Source of the DNA: Armatimonadota bacterium
Lineage (GTDB): Bacteria > Armatimonadota > UBA10988
Direction: 5' to 3'
DNA: 19,491 nt
Assembly (NCBI GenBank): GCA_016235455.1
Contig: JACRKZ010000104.1
Span: 1-19,491 of the forward strand
Translations under genes and position numbers: made by a program
Notes under the pieces: model-generated
Database searches by the model: none
Seen by the model: only the letters and a program-made list of their open reading frames with translations
Told to the model about the DNA's origin: nothing
Shown: positions 1-7,267 of the stretch, in pieces
Layout of the letters: every line of letters starts with the position of its first letter
How positions within the stretch are numbered: the first letter of the stretch is position 1

Positions 1-326
1 GTGAAGGGCAGGGGATCGTAGTCGATGGTCAGGCCGCGGATCGTCACGTCGCGGCAGTGGTCGAGCCCCAGCGCGCGCGTGGGCTTGGTGCAGACCAGCG
101 TCACGCCGTCCGCGACGATCTCCAGGTTGGCGATGCCGCGCCAGACGAGGTGGCAGGCGCCGTTGCCCTCCGGCCCACCGCGATAGACGCCGGGCGGAAT
201 CACCACCCGCGTCGCCTTGGCGGCGATGGCCGCCGAGACGAGGTCGCGGAACTCACCGAGGGTCCGCGCCGGCTGCGCCTGGCCGGCACATGCACAGAGC
301 AGCGCCAGCCAGGCAACCGTCTTCAC
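1..326 (-). CDS. 5' part of a secreted right-handed parallel beta-helix protein (GH110 alpha-galactosidase-like / pectin-lyase fold), truncated by the window edge
   Basis: Not in the ORF track because it has no stop in the window. GTG at 326-324 directly follows the TGA of the upstream gene. My translation is MKTVAWLALLCACAGQAQPARTLGEFRDLVSAAIAAKATRVVIPPGVYRGG...NLEIVADGVTLVCTKPTRALGLDHCRDVTIRGLTIDYDPLPF. It has a signal-peptide-like N-terminus, IPPGVY, and an IRGLTIDYDPLPF motif typical of GH110-like beta-helix proteins. Confidence 0.75.
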   Translation of the reverse strand, partial: MKTVAWLALLCACAGQAQPARTLGEFRDLVSAAIAAKATRVVIPPGVYRGGPEGNGACHLVWRGIANLEIVADGVTLVCTKPTRALGLDHCRDVTIRGLTIDYDPLPF

Positions 327-1448
327 TCAGGCCCCTCCGAAGACGCGCCGGACCGCTTCCAGGTAGCCGTAGCCATACATGGTGCAGGGCTGGAGGTAGC
401 TGGTCTCGGTCCACTCGTTCCAACTGTTGACCGTGATCAGCGGTGCCTGGCCCGGTCGGGCGTCAACGAAGTCGCGCGCGGCGAGCAGCGCCTTCTCGAA
501 GTTCTCCGGGGTGTTGTTCTTGATGATGGACCCGGTGAACTGCTGTGCGCGGGGGCTGCTGTCCCAGCCGACCGAGACATGCGGGTAGTAGGGCATGGTG
601 TAGTTGGTGTCGAGCGTGTGCCACTCGGCCAGCACATCCTCCATGACCACGTTGTAGTCGCGGTTGACGTCGACGAAGTGGCAGAACTGGTAATGCGTGA
701 GCGAGTCGAAGGCCAGTTGCTCGACCAGGTCGCGCTGGGTGCCGACGTTGTCGCCGGGAATGCCCGACAGGCTGTGCGGCGAGTCACGGCGCATGGTCAA
801 CTGCAGCTCGAGCCCGGGGTATCCAGCGCGCACCACCTCGTCACGGAACCAGCTCAAGGCCTCGTGCGCGGCCTGCACACCGCCGATGCCGGCGATGAAG
901 GTCGAGAGTTCGTAGAGCATGAAGACCGGCTTGCCGTCGATGCGGTAGTAGGACGGATGGCCGAAGTAGCGCTCGATGATGCGTCGGCAGGCGTTCTCGA
1001 ACTGGTTGCGGTCGATGCCGCCGCGCCAGATGACCGAGCGGTTGCGGCCGGTGAAGGCGTCGTCGGCGTTGCGCTTGTCCCAGCAGAGGTTCACGTCGTG
1101 GTTGGCCCACATCACGTAGAACTTCATCTTGTCGTTGTTGGCCGCGCCCAGGAAGCCGTCGTTGAGGCAGCCTTCCAGATAGGGCAGGCCGTCATACCAG
1201 TACCAGTCGTAGATGAAGACATTGACGCCATGATTGGTGGCGGCTTCGATCTGCATGGCCATGACATACGGGTCGGCTTCGTTGACATAGCCCCACAGCG
1301 GATAGCGCGGCTGCTCGTGGCCGGGGAACTTGGGGGCATTGCTCATGACAGTCTGCCATTCGCCGATGCCCATCGGCCAGAAGGCCTTGGCGCGGGGATC
1401 GGGATGGTAGGACGGCCAGATGAATGCTGCAACGTCGTACTGTTTCAC
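327..1448 (-). CDS. WbsX-family / GH99-like glycoside hydrolase domain protein (373 aa, no signal peptide)
   Basis: GTG start with AGGAG RBS. Motifs WPSYH...WPMGIGEW, PLWGY, QIEAATNHGVNVFIYDWYWY, MWANHD, YYRIDGKPVF, VGWDSSPR and VNSWNEWTETSYLQP match the WbsX/GH99-like TIM-barrel family. Confidence 0.8.
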   Translation of the reverse strand: MKQYDVAAFIWPSYHPDPRAKAFWPMGIGEWQTVMSNAPKFPGHEQPRYPLWGYVNEADPYVMAMQIEAATNHGVNVFIYDWYWYDGLPYLEGCLNDGFLGAANNDKMKFYVMWANHDVNLCWDKRNADDAFTGRNRSVIWRGGIDRNQFENACRRIIERYFGHPSYYRIDGKPVFMLYELSTFIAGIGGVQAAHEALSWFRDEVVRAGYPGLELQLTMRRDSPHSLSGIPGDNVGTQRDLVEQLAFDSLTHYQFCHFVDVNRDYNVVMEDVLAEWHTLDTNYTMPYYPHVSVGWDSSPRAQQFTGSIIKNNTPENFEKALLAARDFVDARPGQAPLITVNSWNEWTETSYLQPCTMYGYGYLEAVRRVFGGA

Positions 1449-1503
1449 GCGATAGCTCCTGTCTGTCCTGGGAGCGCGGCCCTCGGGTCCGGGGTGGCGG
1501 CTC

Positions 1504-3225
1504 TCAACTCACCGGCGAGAGCCGCAGTGCCTCGACGCGGATGCCGGCGCCGGCCTCGCCCGTCGGCCCGAACGCGAGCGTGTGCGACCCGGCCTCGGGC
1601 ACGGTCACCACGCCCACGCGGTACTCGCGGAAGCGCGGCAGGGCGCCCCAGCCGATCTTGCGGTGCTCGCGCTCGCCGGTATCCAGCAGCGGGAAGCTGA
1701 CCATCTCGCCGTCCAGGGTGACCTGCCATTCACTGTAGTCGTCGTCGGCCGGGCAACTGTAGCGGATGTCCAGGTACCAACGGCCCGGCTCGACGGTGTC
1801 GAACGTCCACGCACAGGACGACGCACTGGTCCAGCCGCCGACGCATTCGGCATGGTGCCAGTCGCCGAACTTCTCCATCCACGAGACCTTCTGCTCGGCA
1901 CAGCCGGTCAGCGTGGCCAGACCGGGCTCGAGGTGGTTGGTACAGCCGCTGAGCACGACCTGCGCGCCGCTGGCGATCTCGCCGCCTTCGATCTGCACCG
2001 TGACCACGGGGATGAGCCCATCGGGCCGCGCGCGCGGCACGTCGATCACCGCCGCCGAACCGAGCGCCGTGTACGCCAGCGCCGTGCCGTCATCGAGCCG
2101 CGCCGACCACACCCGGCCGGCCAGGCCCGGCACCACCAGCCGGCCGTCGGTGGGCCAGTCGAAGACATGCAGGAACAGCGTGTTGCCGCGCGCCGTGCAT
2201 TCGCCCCAGGCTAGCGGCGGCAGCGTCGAGGGCTGGGCGCCATGGATGGCCTGTTCGTGCGCATGCACCCAGACACCGACCTCACGCAGAATGGCGGCCG
2301 AGGCCTCGGGGATGCGGCCGCGGCCGTCCGGCCCGACGTTGAGCAGGTAGGTGCCGCCGCGGCTGACCACGCGCACCAGCCGCCGCGCGATCTCGCCGGC
2401 GCTCTTGAAGTTCAGATCGTACCAGGCATAGGCCCAGGTGTCGTTGTGGGTGTCGGGCGTCTCCCACAGGCCGGCTCGCGGCAGTCGCGGAATCTCCTGG
2501 TCGCCCAGTGAGTCGTAGTCGCCCAGGTTGTTGCCGATGCGGCTATTGACCAGGCAGTCGGGCTGATGCTGGCGGACCATGGCCACGATCTCGCGTGACT
2601 CGTCCTCGGTGATGGGGCCGGGACAGTCGAACCAGATGCCGCAGATGGGCCCGTAGCCGGTGAGCAGTTCCTCGATCTGCGGGATGGCCTTGCCACGCAG
2701 GTAGCTCTGGAAGTCGCGCTCGCGGCCCGGCCAGTCCCAGTCGTTGCCCACGCCGTCGGGCTCGTGCCAGTCCAGCGTCTGCGAGTAGTAGAAGCCGAAG
2801 CGCAGCCCGCGCTCGGCGCAGGCGGCGCTCAGCTCGGCCATGGGATCGCGGCCAAACGGCGTGGCCGTGGCGATGTTGTAGGGATGCACCTTGGAGGCAA
2901 ACATGGCGAAGCCGTCATGATGCTTGCTGGTGATCATCATGTGCCGCATGCCCGCGGCGGCGGCCAGGTCGACCCATTCGCCCGCGTCGAAGTCGACGGG
3001 ATTGAACTGCTCGGCGATGCGCTCGTACTCGGCCACACCGATGCGCGCGCGGTTCATGATCCACTCGGAGATGCCGTAGTGAGTCTGCCCCTGCCAGCGT
3101 GCGCCGAGCTCGCTATAGAGCCCCCAATGGATAAACATGGCAAAGCGCGAGTCAGCCAGCCAGGCACCCTTTTCGGTGCCGCTCGAGCCGGTGCCGCCCC
3201 ACATGTCGGAACTGGTGCCGTCCAT
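1504..3225 (-). CDS. GH29 alpha-L-fucosidase with a C-terminal beta-sandwich (CBM6/CBM35-like) domain
   Basis: GAGGAGG RBS before the ATG. Motifs RFAMFIHWGLYS, FNPVDFDA..W, ITSKHHDGFAMF, FGFYYS, IWFD (nucleophile Asp), VNSRIG, WET and LLNVGPDGRGRIP. The C-terminal ~140 aa (GRWYLDIRYSC...VGVVTVPEAGSHTLAF...LRLSPV) resembles a CBM jelly-roll. Confidence 0.92.
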   Translation of the reverse strand: MDGTSSDMWGGTGSSGTEKGAWLADSRFAMFIHWGLYSELGARWQGQTHYGISEWIMNRARIGVAEYERIAEQFNPVDFDAGEWVDLAAAAGMRHMMITSKHHDGFAMFASKVHPYNIATATPFGRDPMAELSAACAERGLRFGFYYSQTLDWHEPDGVGNDWDWPGRERDFQSYLRGKAIPQIEELLTGYGPICGIWFDCPGPITEDESREIVAMVRQHQPDCLVNSRIGNNLGDYDSLGDQEIPRLPRAGLWETPDTHNDTWAYAWYDLNFKSAGEIARRLVRVVSRGGTYLLNVGPDGRGRIPEASAAILREVGVWVHAHEQAIHGAQPSTLPPLAWGECTARGNTLFLHVFDWPTDGRLVVPGLAGRVWSARLDDGTALAYTALGSAAVIDVPRARPDGLIPVVTVQIEGGEIASGAQVVLSGCTNHLEPGLATLTGCAEQKVSWMEKFGDWHHAECVGGWTSASSCAWTFDTVEPGRWYLDIRYSCPADDDYSEWQVTLDGEMVSFPLLDTGEREHRKIGWGALPRFREYRVGVVTVPEAGSHTLAFGPTGEAGAGIRVEALRLSPVS

Positions 3226-3235
3226 CGTGTCCTCC

Positions 3236-4147
3236 TCAGCGAGTCTTCAGCCAGCCGCTCGCCGCCAGCCACTCGGCCACACGGTCCGGCCAGTGGCAGA
3301 CGGGGTTGGCCGACGGGCGCATCCCGTAGCCGTGGCCACCCTTGGGGTAGATGTGCAGCTCGACAGGCACTTTGACCGCCTGCAGCGCCTCGGCGTAGCG
3401 CAGGCTGTTCTCCACGGGGATGGGGTCGTCCTGCGCTTGCACGATGAAGGCCGGCGGCGTGTCCTTGGTCACGGCCAGGGCCGGTGACAGTTTGCTCAGG
3501 TCCTTGCCGTCGGTCAGGTAGGCGGGGTAGACCAGCACGCTGAAGTCGGGTCGGCAGCTGGTCTTGTCGGCATCGTCCACGGCGTCGTAGCTGCGCGCGG
3601 TGGCGTTGCTGGTGGCGGCCGACAGGTGGCCGCCGGCGGAGAAGCCGAGGATGCCCACGCGCTTGGCGTCGAGGCCCCAGGCGGCGGCGTTGGCGCGGGC
3701 CAGGCTCAGTGCGCGCTGCGCATCTTGCAGTGGCGCGCGGTAGGTGTCGCTGAGGTGGCCGGGCACACGGTACTTGAGCAACAGACCGGTAACGCCGATG
3801 CTATTGAGCCAGGCGCAGATCTCCGTGCCCTCCAGGTCCCAAGCGAGGATGTTGTAGCCGCCGCCGGGACAGACGACGATGGCCGCGCCGTTGGCCTTGT
3901 CGGCCGCGGGTCGATACACGGTCAGGGTAGGCGTCGAGACGTGGCCCAGACGGATGACCTCGGTGCCGGGCTTGGCGTTGGGGTCGTGCTTGGTGGTGTC
4001 CTGCTCGACACCGCGGTCGCCCTTCTCACCGGGCGCGATGCCGGGCCACAGCGGGATGGGCGTCGGCTCAGCGGCGACAGAGGCAGGACTGCCGGCCAGC
4101 ATGGCAGCGGCCAGAGCCAGGGCGGAACAGGTAGCGACGGCGGTCAC
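3236..4147 (-). CDS. Secreted alpha/beta-hydrolase (carbohydrate esterase, BD-FAE/acetyl-xylan-esterase-like), about 303 aa
   Basis: The ORF-track start at 4528 overlaps the DUF190 gene. The likely start is GTG 4147, preceded by GGAGA and followed by a signal peptide (VTAVATCSALALAAAMLAGSPASVAA). It has the PGGGY oxyanion motif, the GFSAGG nucleophile elbow, QAQDD (Asp) and GGHGYG (His). Confidence 0.88.
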   Translation of the reverse strand: MTAVATCSALALAAAMLAGSPASVAAEPTPIPLWPGIAPGEKGDRGVEQDTTKHDPNAKPGTEVIRLGHVSTPTLTVYRPAADKANGAAIVVCPGGGYNILAWDLEGTEICAWLNSIGVTGLLLKYRVPGHLSDTYRAPLQDAQRALSLARANAAAWGLDAKRVGILGFSAGGHLSAATSNATARSYDAVDDADKTSCRPDFSVLVYPAYLTDGKDLSKLSPALAVTKDTPPAFIVQAQDDPIPVENSLRYAEALQAVKVPVELHIYPKGGHGYGMRPSANPVCHWPDRVAEWLAASGWLKTR

Positions 4148-4164
4148 GGCAATCTCCGCCGCAG

Positions 4165-4172
4165 ATGATAGC
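4165..4172 (-). promoter_or_regulatory. Candidate -10 element (GCTATCAT) for the esterase-GH29-WbsX-beta-helix operon
   Basis: TATCAT on the minus strand lies 17 nt upstream of GTG 4147 and just upstream of the RBS. No clear -35 element. Confidence 0.4.
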
Positions 4173-4184
4173 GCAAATGGACGT

Positions 4185-4249
4185 GGGTGGTGGGACGTTG
4201 GACGCAGCAGGGCTTGCCGTCGCTGCCCAAGTCCGACGGCCCACCGCCC
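4185..4249. repeat. Long imperfect inverted repeat (hairpin) directly after the DUF190 stop codon; possible terminator
   Basis: Nested arms GGGTGGTGGG/CCCACCGCCC, CGTTGGAC/GTCCGACG and GCAGC/GCTGC. Confidence 0.55.
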
Positions 4250-4584
4250 TACACACCTGCTTCGTACTTGAGCACGTGCACATCCTCGATGACCACCAGC
4301 CCTTCGCGGACCATCTCGTCGAGCACGGGGATGAACGACTCGATGCGCTCTGCCACGTCGATCAGTTCGACGACGATGGGCAGGTCCTCCGACAGGCGCA
4401 GGATGCGCGTGGTGTGCACGCGTGAGTGCGCGCCGAAGCCCTCGATGCCGCGGATGACGGTGGCGCCGGCCAGGCCCATCTCCTTGGCGCGCCGCACCAG
4501 CGCGCCCGATAGCGAGTGGCCGTGCCACTGGTCGCTCTCGCCGATGTAGATGCTCAGCCGCTTGGCGGCCCCTTCGATCTTCAT
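4249..4584 (-). CDS. DUF190 (PII-like fold) protein
   Basis: AKRLSIYIGESDQWHG, GLAGATVIRGIEGFG and LRLSEDLPIVVELID are the DUF190 signature. Its position next to crcB is the known association for this family. Confidence 0.92.
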   Translation of the reverse strand: MKIEGAAKRLSIYIGESDQWHGHSLSGALVRRAKEMGLAGATVIRGIEGFGAHSRVHTTRILRLSEDLPIVVELIDVAERIESFIPVLDEMVREGLVVIEDVHVLKYEAGV

Positions 4585-4601
4585 GGCGGTCTCCTCTCGG
4601 T

Positions 4602-4985
4602 CTAGATGAGCCGTCCCAGCCGTGCGCCGATCAGCACGGCGGCGAACCCGGCCAGGACGCTGCCGACCACGTTGGCCACGGCGCGCATCATGCTGCCGGA
4701 TTCCACGAGCTTCAGAGTCTCATACTCGAAGGTCGAGAACGTCGTGTAGGCGCCCACGAACCCGATGGCCACCAGCAGCCGCAGTTGCGGCGGCGCCGAG
4801 AACCGTTCTGTGGTCAGCGTGGCGAACAGGCCGAGGATGAACGAGCCGGTGACGTTGATCAGCACCGTGCCCCACGGGAACTCGGTGCCCCAGCGTTGGG
4901 CCACCCAGCCGCCCAGCCAGTAGCGGGCGTTGGCGCCGAGGAAGCCGCCGAGGCCGACCCACAGACTGGTCACCAGGCCCTTCAT
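4602..4985 (-). CDS. crcB: Fluoride efflux channel Fluc/CrcB
   Basis: 127 aa with 4 hydrophobic segments. Motifs GGFLGANARY, FPWGTVLINVTGSFILG and GFVGAYTTFSTF. Its start overlaps the GH10 stop (ATGA, 4982-4985). Confidence 0.96.
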   Translation of the reverse strand: MKGLVTSLWVGLGGFLGANARYWLGGWVAQRWGTEFPWGTVLINVTGSFILGLFATLTTERFSAPPQLRLLVAIGFVGAYTTFSTFEYETLKLVESGSMMRAVANVVGSVLAGFAAVLIGARLGRLI

Positions 4986-7210
4986 GGCAACTTCACCACC
5001 ACTTCGTCCGGGCCGCCGGCCAGGCGTTCCACGGTCGCCTCGGCGCGCTTGCCGCCGGCTTCCACGGTGACCGCGTGGTTACCGTAGTAGACCCGCGTGC
5101 GGGCCGTGCCGTCGGCGCCGCTCTGGCCGTCGAAATGGCTCCACCACTGCCGGAGCACCAGATCCTCCCACGCCTCCTGGGCCGGCTTCTTGGTCCAGTC
5201 GCGGCGGAACATGGCGGCGTTCTCGCCCGCGCGCCAGTGCGCGCCTTCCCAGAAGCCCCACAAGATGAACGCGCTGACCTTCGGGTGGCTGAACACCGCG
5301 GTCATGAAGTCCTTGATGTACTGCCCGTGCACCGCGTCGTCCTCAACTCCGCCCAGGTCGAACTCGGTCAGTTCGATGTCCAGCCCCAGCTTGGCGGCTT
5401 CGTCCAGCAGTTCGAGCACGCGCGGCATCGGCTGCAGCGGCAGGCCCTGGTGAGCCTGCTCGCCAAAGGTGGTGATCGGCGCGCCCTGGTCGAGCAGGTA
5501 GCGGGCCAACTCCAGGCTGCGCTTCCAGTGCGCCTGCCGGTCGTTGAGCAGGTTGTACTCGTTGTAGCAGAGTCGCGCCTTGGGGTCGGCCTCATGTGCC
5601 AGCGTGAAGACCTTGGCGAACTCCTCCTGCCCGAGCTTGTCCCACAGGCTGTGCTCGGTGACCGCCTCGTTGACCACGTCCCACAGGTAGGTGCGGCCGA
5701 CGTAGCGGGCGGCGTGCTCGCGTACCCGCTTCTCCACCACCGCGCGCAGCGCCTCGGTCTCCAGCCCGCGGGTCGAGGCCGGCATGAAGCGCTCCGAGCC
5801 CCAGACCAGGTTGTGTGCCCGCACATCGATGCCCCGCTGTGCGCACCAGGCGATGGCCCGGTCAATGCGCTCCTGCTCGGCAGGGCTGGTGTCGTGCCAC
5901 TTCAGGTCGTTCTCGAAGGTGACCACGTTGTACAGCCGGGCCACCTCCTGCTGAAAGCGCTGACCATCGGAACTGGGGTCGAGCAGCCGCCCCGCGGGCA
6001 CGGCGCTGCCGAAGCGGAAGGCATGGCGCTGCTGCCGGAGCGTGACCTTGGCGCCCGGCACGGGCTTGCCGGCGGCGTCGACCACGCGGATGGTCAGGTC
6101 GCCGCGGCGGATCTGCTCGATGCGGGCTGTCGCCGCCGCGCGCCAGGCGTCGTCATGCGGCCGACCACCCCAGTAGTCGATGGTCTGGTCGAACTTGGCG
6201 CCGCGCGCCGCGCCGTGGTTGTCCACGCGCACCTGGGCGATGTCGACAGTGCCCTTGTCATGGCCTAGGAACAGCTTGAACGAGGCCGCGCCGGCGGCAT
6301 ACGAGGCCAGCGCGCGACCCATGAACCGGTACTCGGCCCACTCGGGAGTCAGCCGCACCTCGCGCGTGAGCGACTTGGTGTGGGGTGGGGTGTTCTGCTC
6401 AATGATGAAGGTGGCTCGCACCTTCTCCGGGCTGCGCAGCCAGACCCGCGCGTAGAGGGCGTCGCCGCGGGTCACGGCAGCGGTCAGCGGCCGACCGAAC
6501 TGCACGTCCCAGGCATTGCCGCCGGCCTTCGGGCTGACCGACAGGCGCAGCGCGCGGCCCAGGTCGGCACGGCCGGAGTCGACCAGGTCCTGGCGCAGGT
6601 TGTCGCCGCCGAAGGCCTGCCAGCCGTCAGCGCCGGCGGCGAAGTCGCCGTTGGCCACCACCGGCACCGCCTTGCCCGCGGCCACGGCCGCGGGCTGGGT
6701 CTCGTCGAGGTCGAGCAAAGCGATGCCCGTGATCTGCAATGTGCCCGCGCCGTGGCCCAGGTGGAAGACGATGCCCGACCCGCCGGGCTGATAGGTCTTG
6801 TCCGCCACCGCCTCGGCCTGGTACTGACGCCATTCGCCCGTGGCGCGCACATCACCGGCCACGAACTTGGGCCACGGATCGGCGGCTTCCTCGGCATAGA
6901 AGGTGATGCGGCAGCCCTCGGCGCTGCGCGCCCAGAAGCTCAGCCGCAGATGGTGGCCTTGGGGGATGGCCGCATCCACCGGCTGACGCAGTATGATGGA
7001 CCAGGCGTCGGCCTTGGTGGGCGCCAGCTTGAGCTGCAGCGCGCGCTTGGCGCCACCCGCTTCGGCCGGCACCAGCGTGGGCACGCAGGTAGCGTCGTCG
7101 GTGACGTTCCACGGATCGAGCCCGTCGGCAAACTGGCCGTTGACCGCCAGGTCGAGCGGCGCCGCCGCCACAGCCGTGGCCAGGGCCACCAGCACCATCA
7201 TCCACAGCAT
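4982..7210 (-). CDS. Secreted GH10 endo-1,4-beta-xylanase with two N-terminal CBM4/9 (CBM22-like) domains
   Basis: Signal peptide MLWMMVLVALATAVAAA. ATG 7210 has GGAG 8 nt upstream; the alternative start is 7231. Two repeats begin NGQFADG and NGDFAAG, each with W..Y motifs. GH10 motifs are TFENDLKW, VRAHNLVW, WDVVNEA (acid/base), YNEYN, GEQAH, IELTEFD (nucleophile) and LWGFWE. Confidence 0.92.
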   Translation of the reverse strand: MLWMMVLVALATAVAAAPLDLAVNGQFADGLDPWNVTDDATCVPTLVPAEAGGAKRALQLKLAPTKADAWSIILRQPVDAAIPQGHHLRLSFWARSAEGCRITFYAEEAADPWPKFVAGDVRATGEWRQYQAEAVADKTYQPGGSGIVFHLGHGAGTLQITGIALLDLDETQPAAVAAGKAVPVVANGDFAAGADGWQAFGGDNLRQDLVDSGRADLGRALRLSVSPKAGGNAWDVQFGRPLTAAVTRGDALYARVWLRSPEKVRATFIIEQNTPPHTKSLTREVRLTPEWAEYRFMGRALASYAAGAASFKLFLGHDKGTVDIAQVRVDNHGAARGAKFDQTIDYWGGRPHDDAWRAAATARIEQIRRGDLTIRVVDAAGKPVPGAKVTLRQQRHAFRFGSAVPAGRLLDPSSDGQRFQQEVARLYNVVTFENDLKWHDTSPAEQERIDRAIAWCAQRGIDVRAHNLVWGSERFMPASTRGLETEALRAVVEKRVREHAARYVGRTYLWDVVNEAVTEHSLWDKLGQEEFAKVFTLAHEADPKARLCYNEYNLLNDRQAHWKRSLELARYLLDQGAPITTFGEQAHQGLPLQPMPRVLELLDEAAKLGLDIELTEFDLGGVEDDAVHGQYIKDFMTAVFSHPKVSAFILWGFWEGAHWRAGENAAMFRRDWTKKPAQEAWEDLVLRQWWSHFDGQSGADGTARTRVYYGNHAVTVEAGGKRAEATVERLAGGPDEVVVKLP

Positions 7211-7242
7211 CTTGACCACTCCGCTTCGCATCGTTCGTGACG

Positions 7243-7249
7243 TAGAATA
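7243..7249. promoter_or_regulatory. Candidate bidirectional promoter with overlapping -10 hexamers TAGAAT (+) and TATTCT (-)
   Basis: TAGAATA is the only AT-rich run in the 57-bp spacer between the divergent GH10 and GH-A genes. Both readings fit TAnnnT and both lie just upstream of the respective RBS. Confidence 0.45.
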
Positions 7250-7267
7250 GGCCCAGGAGTTCCGACG

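Noticed and set aside
57-1700. Long antisense or alternative-frame ORFs (for example 57-1700+, 5075-6268+, 10973-12181+, 11214-12599-, 13817-15169-, 14346-15866-, 17496-18896-, 17879-19072+)
   Set aside because: They shadow well-supported genes and have no recognisable motifs. Such ORFs are expected from stop-codon scarcity in high-GC DNA.
4148-4528. N-terminal extensions in the ORF track for the esterase (4528), MCP1 (12270), MCP2 (14052), fabI (16156) and gmk (17631)
   Set aside because: Downstream starts have better RBSs and match the signal peptide, paralog or family N-termini. The esterase extension also overlaps the DUF190 gene.
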